A DNA stretch of 59,246 nt from a virus (Duplodnaviria; Caudoviricetes), in IMG/VR virus record IMGVR_UViG_3300029309_000034, positions 1 through 59,246 of that record. One strand, 5' to 3'. Both the position numbers and the translations under genes were made by a program. Below, piece after piece: positions 56,568 through 59,246 of the stretch. How positions within the stretch are numbered: position 1 is the first letter of the stretch; each line of letters begins with the position of its first letter. The notes under the pieces are model-generated. The model made no database searches. It was given only the letters and a program-made list of their open reading frames with translations, and was not told the DNA's origin.

Positions 56568-56587
56568 TTCCCGTTATTTTACGGGAA
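56568..56587. promoter_or_regulatory. Palindrome copy 9
   Basis: TTCCCGT tatttt ACGGGAA. Confidence 0.85.
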
Positions 56588-56785
56588 ACTGGTTATACCA
56601 CGCATACCCCATACGGCAAAATTTTTGTACACGCACACAGTCCCCTATACACTGAGTTTTACGCAAATAATCGGCAAAATATGTAAAGCCATAGACCTAC
56701 CCTTGCTATATGTAAAGTAGCCCCCTATGAAATAAAAAGGCGAGTGCAAAAAAATTTTCTGCAAAATTTTGAAAAACCAAGGGGC

Positions 56786-56811
56786 AAAAAAACCCCCAGC
56801 AAGTGTGGGGG
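56786..56811 (-). terminator. Intrinsic terminator downstream of the 121-aa gene
   Basis: Minus strand CCCCCA...TGGGGG followed by T7. Confidence 0.65.
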
Positions 56812-57020
56812 AAAAGAAAAGTAACGACACTTAATTAAACTTTAACCCGAGGGGAGTAAAAAATCGTTACTATGTGAAAACTGATGTAGGCCGAATCTTG
56901 TACTTTCACCACTCTCTAACTATTAATAATTAATCAAAACGACCTACTACATATAAACTATACATGATTTTAGTGCCAAGTCTAGCCCACTCCGACCATT
57001 ATTAAAAACAGTTGGACTTT

Positions 57021-57386
57021 TTACTTGTTCTTATTTCCCACAAGAACAAGCGTAGGTTTAGAACTTTCTTTTGCTTCGGGAGGACAGAAAGATTCTAAAA
57101 ATTCCTCTCCTGACAAAAATTGTTTTATTATCCTTAAATTCTTCAATATATCGTTTGGGTGCACTTCAATATGAGTTACGCCATCTATATTAGTGTGAAT
57201 GACCTGAGCCTCCGCTTCAGCTAGAAGTCCTTTGGTGTATAAGGCATAGTATGCATTCTCAAATTTTTTCTTAACAGAACGAGGCAATCCCATATAGTAA
57301 TATATGAATTGGTCTTGGTCTTCTTGAGTTTCTACATCAAATATGTTTAAATGTAAAACTCCGTCTCTAGTTAGGTTCATCTCCAT
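57021..57386 (-). CDS. Hypothetical protein divergent from TerS
   Basis: GAGG RBS; 121-aa ORF. Confidence 0.65.
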   Translation of the reverse strand: MEMNLTRDGVLHLNIFDVETQEDQDQFIYYYMGLPRSVKKKFENAYYALYTKGLLAEAEAQVIHTNIDGVTHIEVHPNDILKNLRIIKQFLSGEEFLESFCPPEAKESSKPTLVLVGNKNK

Positions 57387-57405
57387 AAAAACCTCTCAAG
57401 TTTCG

Positions 57406-57434
57406 TTGTATTAAAAATAATTATATATTATACT
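57406..57434 (+). promoter_or_regulatory. Sigma70-type promoter for the packaging/late operon
   Basis: TTGTAT, 17 nt, TATACT. Confidence 0.6.
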
Positions 57435-57487
57435 TTTAGTAAGTAAAGTAAGCTGCAATTAATGTACATGGGTGTAAACAGCGACAC

Positions 57488-58087
57488 ATGAAGACAGAAA
57501 ACACTCCCGAAAACCAAGTAGTGATGGTCCCTAACATAGAGGACGATGTTGCTCTCCCAAAAAATGCCCGTGAAGCTTTACCCGATATGTCCCCTGAGCA
57601 AGAACTCACTATGAGGTCAAACACTGTCAAGCTAATATCTGACTTGGCGGGTGAAAGTATACAACCATCACAAGAAAATATGGAAGAGGCAGAAGAAGTT
57701 GCCAAGCAGATGATGGTAAATCCTAAATTGAAGCCAGACTTTGGTACTTACCCAAATGAAACTATAGCTTATCTTGCTGGTATGGTGGCACAGACTAGCC
57801 ATATGGTAGCCAAAGACCTTGCCGATATAAAATTATCAGTTGTAAATGGACTACTGCAAGAAGCAACTCTAGCAAAATCATCAAGAGAACGTATTGCTGC
57901 GTGGAAAGCTATAGGTGAAGTGGACGGAGTTGACGCATTTAAGAAAAAAACTGAGGTAACACATATCAATAAGTCTGGTGAAGAGCTAGAAAAAGAGCTT
58001 AAAAAGACGATTGATGAACTAAAAGGTAAAATTATACATACTAAAGAGGTCATTGAAGTACAAGACGTGGAGTTTGAGGATGATTAG
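57488..58087 (+). CDS. Terminase small subunit (putative)
   Basis: Directly upstream of and overlapping TerL; RI.A...IG...G.D.F....EVT helical pattern. Confidence 0.55.
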   Translation: MKTENTPENQVVMVPNIEDDVALPKNAREALPDMSPEQELTMRSNTVKLISDLAGESIQPSQENMEEAEEVAKQMMVNPKLKPDFGTYPNETIAYLAGMVAQTSHMVAKDLADIKLSVVNGLLQEATLAKSSRERIAAWKAIGEVDGVDAFKKKTEVTHINKSGEELEKELKKTIDELKGKIIHTKEVIEVQDVEFEDD

Positions 58088-59246
58088 TCCTAAAGATTTA
58101 GAGTTATTAGAACAAGCCCTACCTCAAATGAGTGAATCAGAGCGACAACGCAACTTAAAACTACTACAAGCTTATAAAAAAGAGCTAGTTAAACAAGCTG
58201 GTGGTAAAACTTTCTTAGAATTTATTAAACATGTCTATCCAGACTACAAAGTAGGAGCACATCATGCAAAACTTGCTAAATTATTTGAAGAAATTGCAGA
58301 CGGAAAACGTAAAAGAGTTATTGTCAACATCGCACCACGTCATGGGAAGAGTGAGCTCATATCTTATCTCGCTCCTGCGTGGTTTTTGGGAAAACACCCA
58401 GCCAAAAAGGTCATCATGGCTTCGCACACTGCGGATTTGGCTGTCAACTTTGGTCGTAGAGTTAGAAATTTGGTTGGTTCGGACTCGTACAAGGATATAT
58501 TCCCAGATGTATCACTACAGGCGGATTCTAAGTCAGCGTCCAGGTGGGGTACGAACTTTAATGGCGAGTATTTTGCTATTGGTGTGGGCGGTGCTTTGGC
58601 TGGTCGTGGAGCCGACCTATTTATTATTGACGACCCTCACTCGGAGCAAGACGCTAAGTTAGGAAAGCCAGATGTTTTTCTACCAGCATGGGAATGGTTT
58701 CAATCAGGGCCACTACAACGTCTAATGCCAGGTGGTGCTATTATTGTGGTGATGACTCGTTGGTCAAAACTTGACCTAACAGGACAGATTGTAGACCAGA
58801 TGATAAAAAATGATGAGGTAGACGACTGGGAAGTGGTAGAGTTTCCAGCGATACTAGAGAAAAAAGGAGAAGAAGTAGCTTTGTGGCCTGAGTTCTGGCC
58901 GATAGAAGAATTACAATCTAGACGTGCTGCCTTAGATATACGATATTGGAATGCACAGTATTTACAAAACCCTACATCAGAAGAAGGTGCTTTGATAAAG
59001 CGTGAGTGGTGGAATGTATGGGAAGAGGAAAAGCCACCTCCTTGTGAATTTATTATAATGACACTTGATGCTGCTCAAGAAAAAAATAATCGTGCCGACT
59101 ATAACGCATTATTAACATGGGGGGTGTTTCTTAACGAAGAGACAGATAATTACAATATTATGTTATTAGATGCTGTTAAACAAAGACTTGAGTTTCCAGA
59201 ACTCAAAGAGTTATGCATTGAAGAATATAAATCTTGGGAACCAGAT
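58080..59246 (+). CDS. terL: Terminase large subunit, N-terminal ATPase part (continues at 1-456; missing from ORF track)
   Basis: ATG at 58080 after GAGG; Walker A APRHGKS, Walker B LFIIDDP, coupling motif MTRW, YLQNP. Confidence 0.93.
   Translation, partial: MISPKDLELLEQALPQMSESERQRNLKLLQAYKKELVKQAGGKTFLEFIKHVYPDYKVGAHHAKLAKLFEEIADGKRKRVIVNIAPRHGKSELISYLAPAWFLGKHPAKKVIMASHTADLAVNFGRRVRNLVGSDSYKDIFPDVSLQADSKSASRWGTNFNGEYFAIGVGGALAGRGADLFIIDDPHSEQDAKLGKPDVFLPAWEWFQSGPLQRLMPGGAIIVVMTRWSKLDLTGQIVDQMIKNDEVDDWEVVEFPAILEKKGEEVALWPEFWPIEELQSRRAALDIRYWNAQYLQNPTSEEGALIKREWWNVWEEEKPPPCEFIIMTLDAAQEKNNRADYNALLTWGVFLNEETDNYNIMLLDAVKQRLEFPELKELCIEEYKSWEPD
59148..59246. repeat. 99-bp terminal overlap, identical to 1-99
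   Basis: Exact identity. Confidence 0.97.

Noticed and set aside
58264-58662. 132-aa ORF in the track
   Set aside because: Out-of-frame shadow inside the terL frame that starts at 58080
59148-59246. 99-bp direct terminal repeat as a biological genome end
   Set aside because: It falls in the middle of terL and 99 is a common assembler k-mer length; it indicates circular assembly, not physical termini
1-59246. tRNA, rRNA, integrase, RNA polymerase, reverse transcriptase/DGR, IS elements and a named host or phage genus
   Set aside because: No supporting motifs seen by eye; taxonomy and host cannot be established without database searches

Overview
The window is a complete, circularly assembled genome of an AT-rich dsDNA tailed phage with podovirus-like architecture. 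The first 99 bp recur at 59148-59246, so the unique length is 59,147 bp and the large terminase gene spans the join. The + strand arm (57488 through the join to 35083) is the late/virion module: TerS, TerL, portal, GroES, scaffold, Mu-gpT-like major capsid protein, a cluster of small K/R-rich proteins, tail adaptors and fibres, holin, M15 endolysin, ejection proteins and a 2017-aa polyvalent-type protein. The - strand arm (57386 to 35080) is the early/replication module: many small ORFs, an AAA+/vWA pair, family A DNA polymerase (Leu762), PD-(D/E)xK nuclease, SNF2 helicase, two SSB-like proteins and a primase-helicase. No integrase, RNA polymerase, tRNA or cas genes were seen. Most notable unexplained structure: (1) nine copies of a TTCCCGT-N6-ACGGGAA palindrome confined to 46.3-56.6 kb, about 2 kb apart over most of that span and twice inside genes; (2) a C-terminal RGxGxAx[RK]G tag plus a hydrophobic-x-x-GG motif shared by otherwise unrelated late proteins, including an ADP-ribosyltransferase-like one, suggesting a virion cargo-loading signal; (3) an oriC/datA-like cluster of IHF site, three DnaA boxes and an AT-rich palindrome; (4) a 68-69 bp-period repeat/spacer mini-array; (5) a double-pseudoknot RNA after the capsid gene; (6) an FtsK-gamma-like helix-turn-helix in the giant virion protein. 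All family assignments are from motif recognition by eye; no database searches were run.
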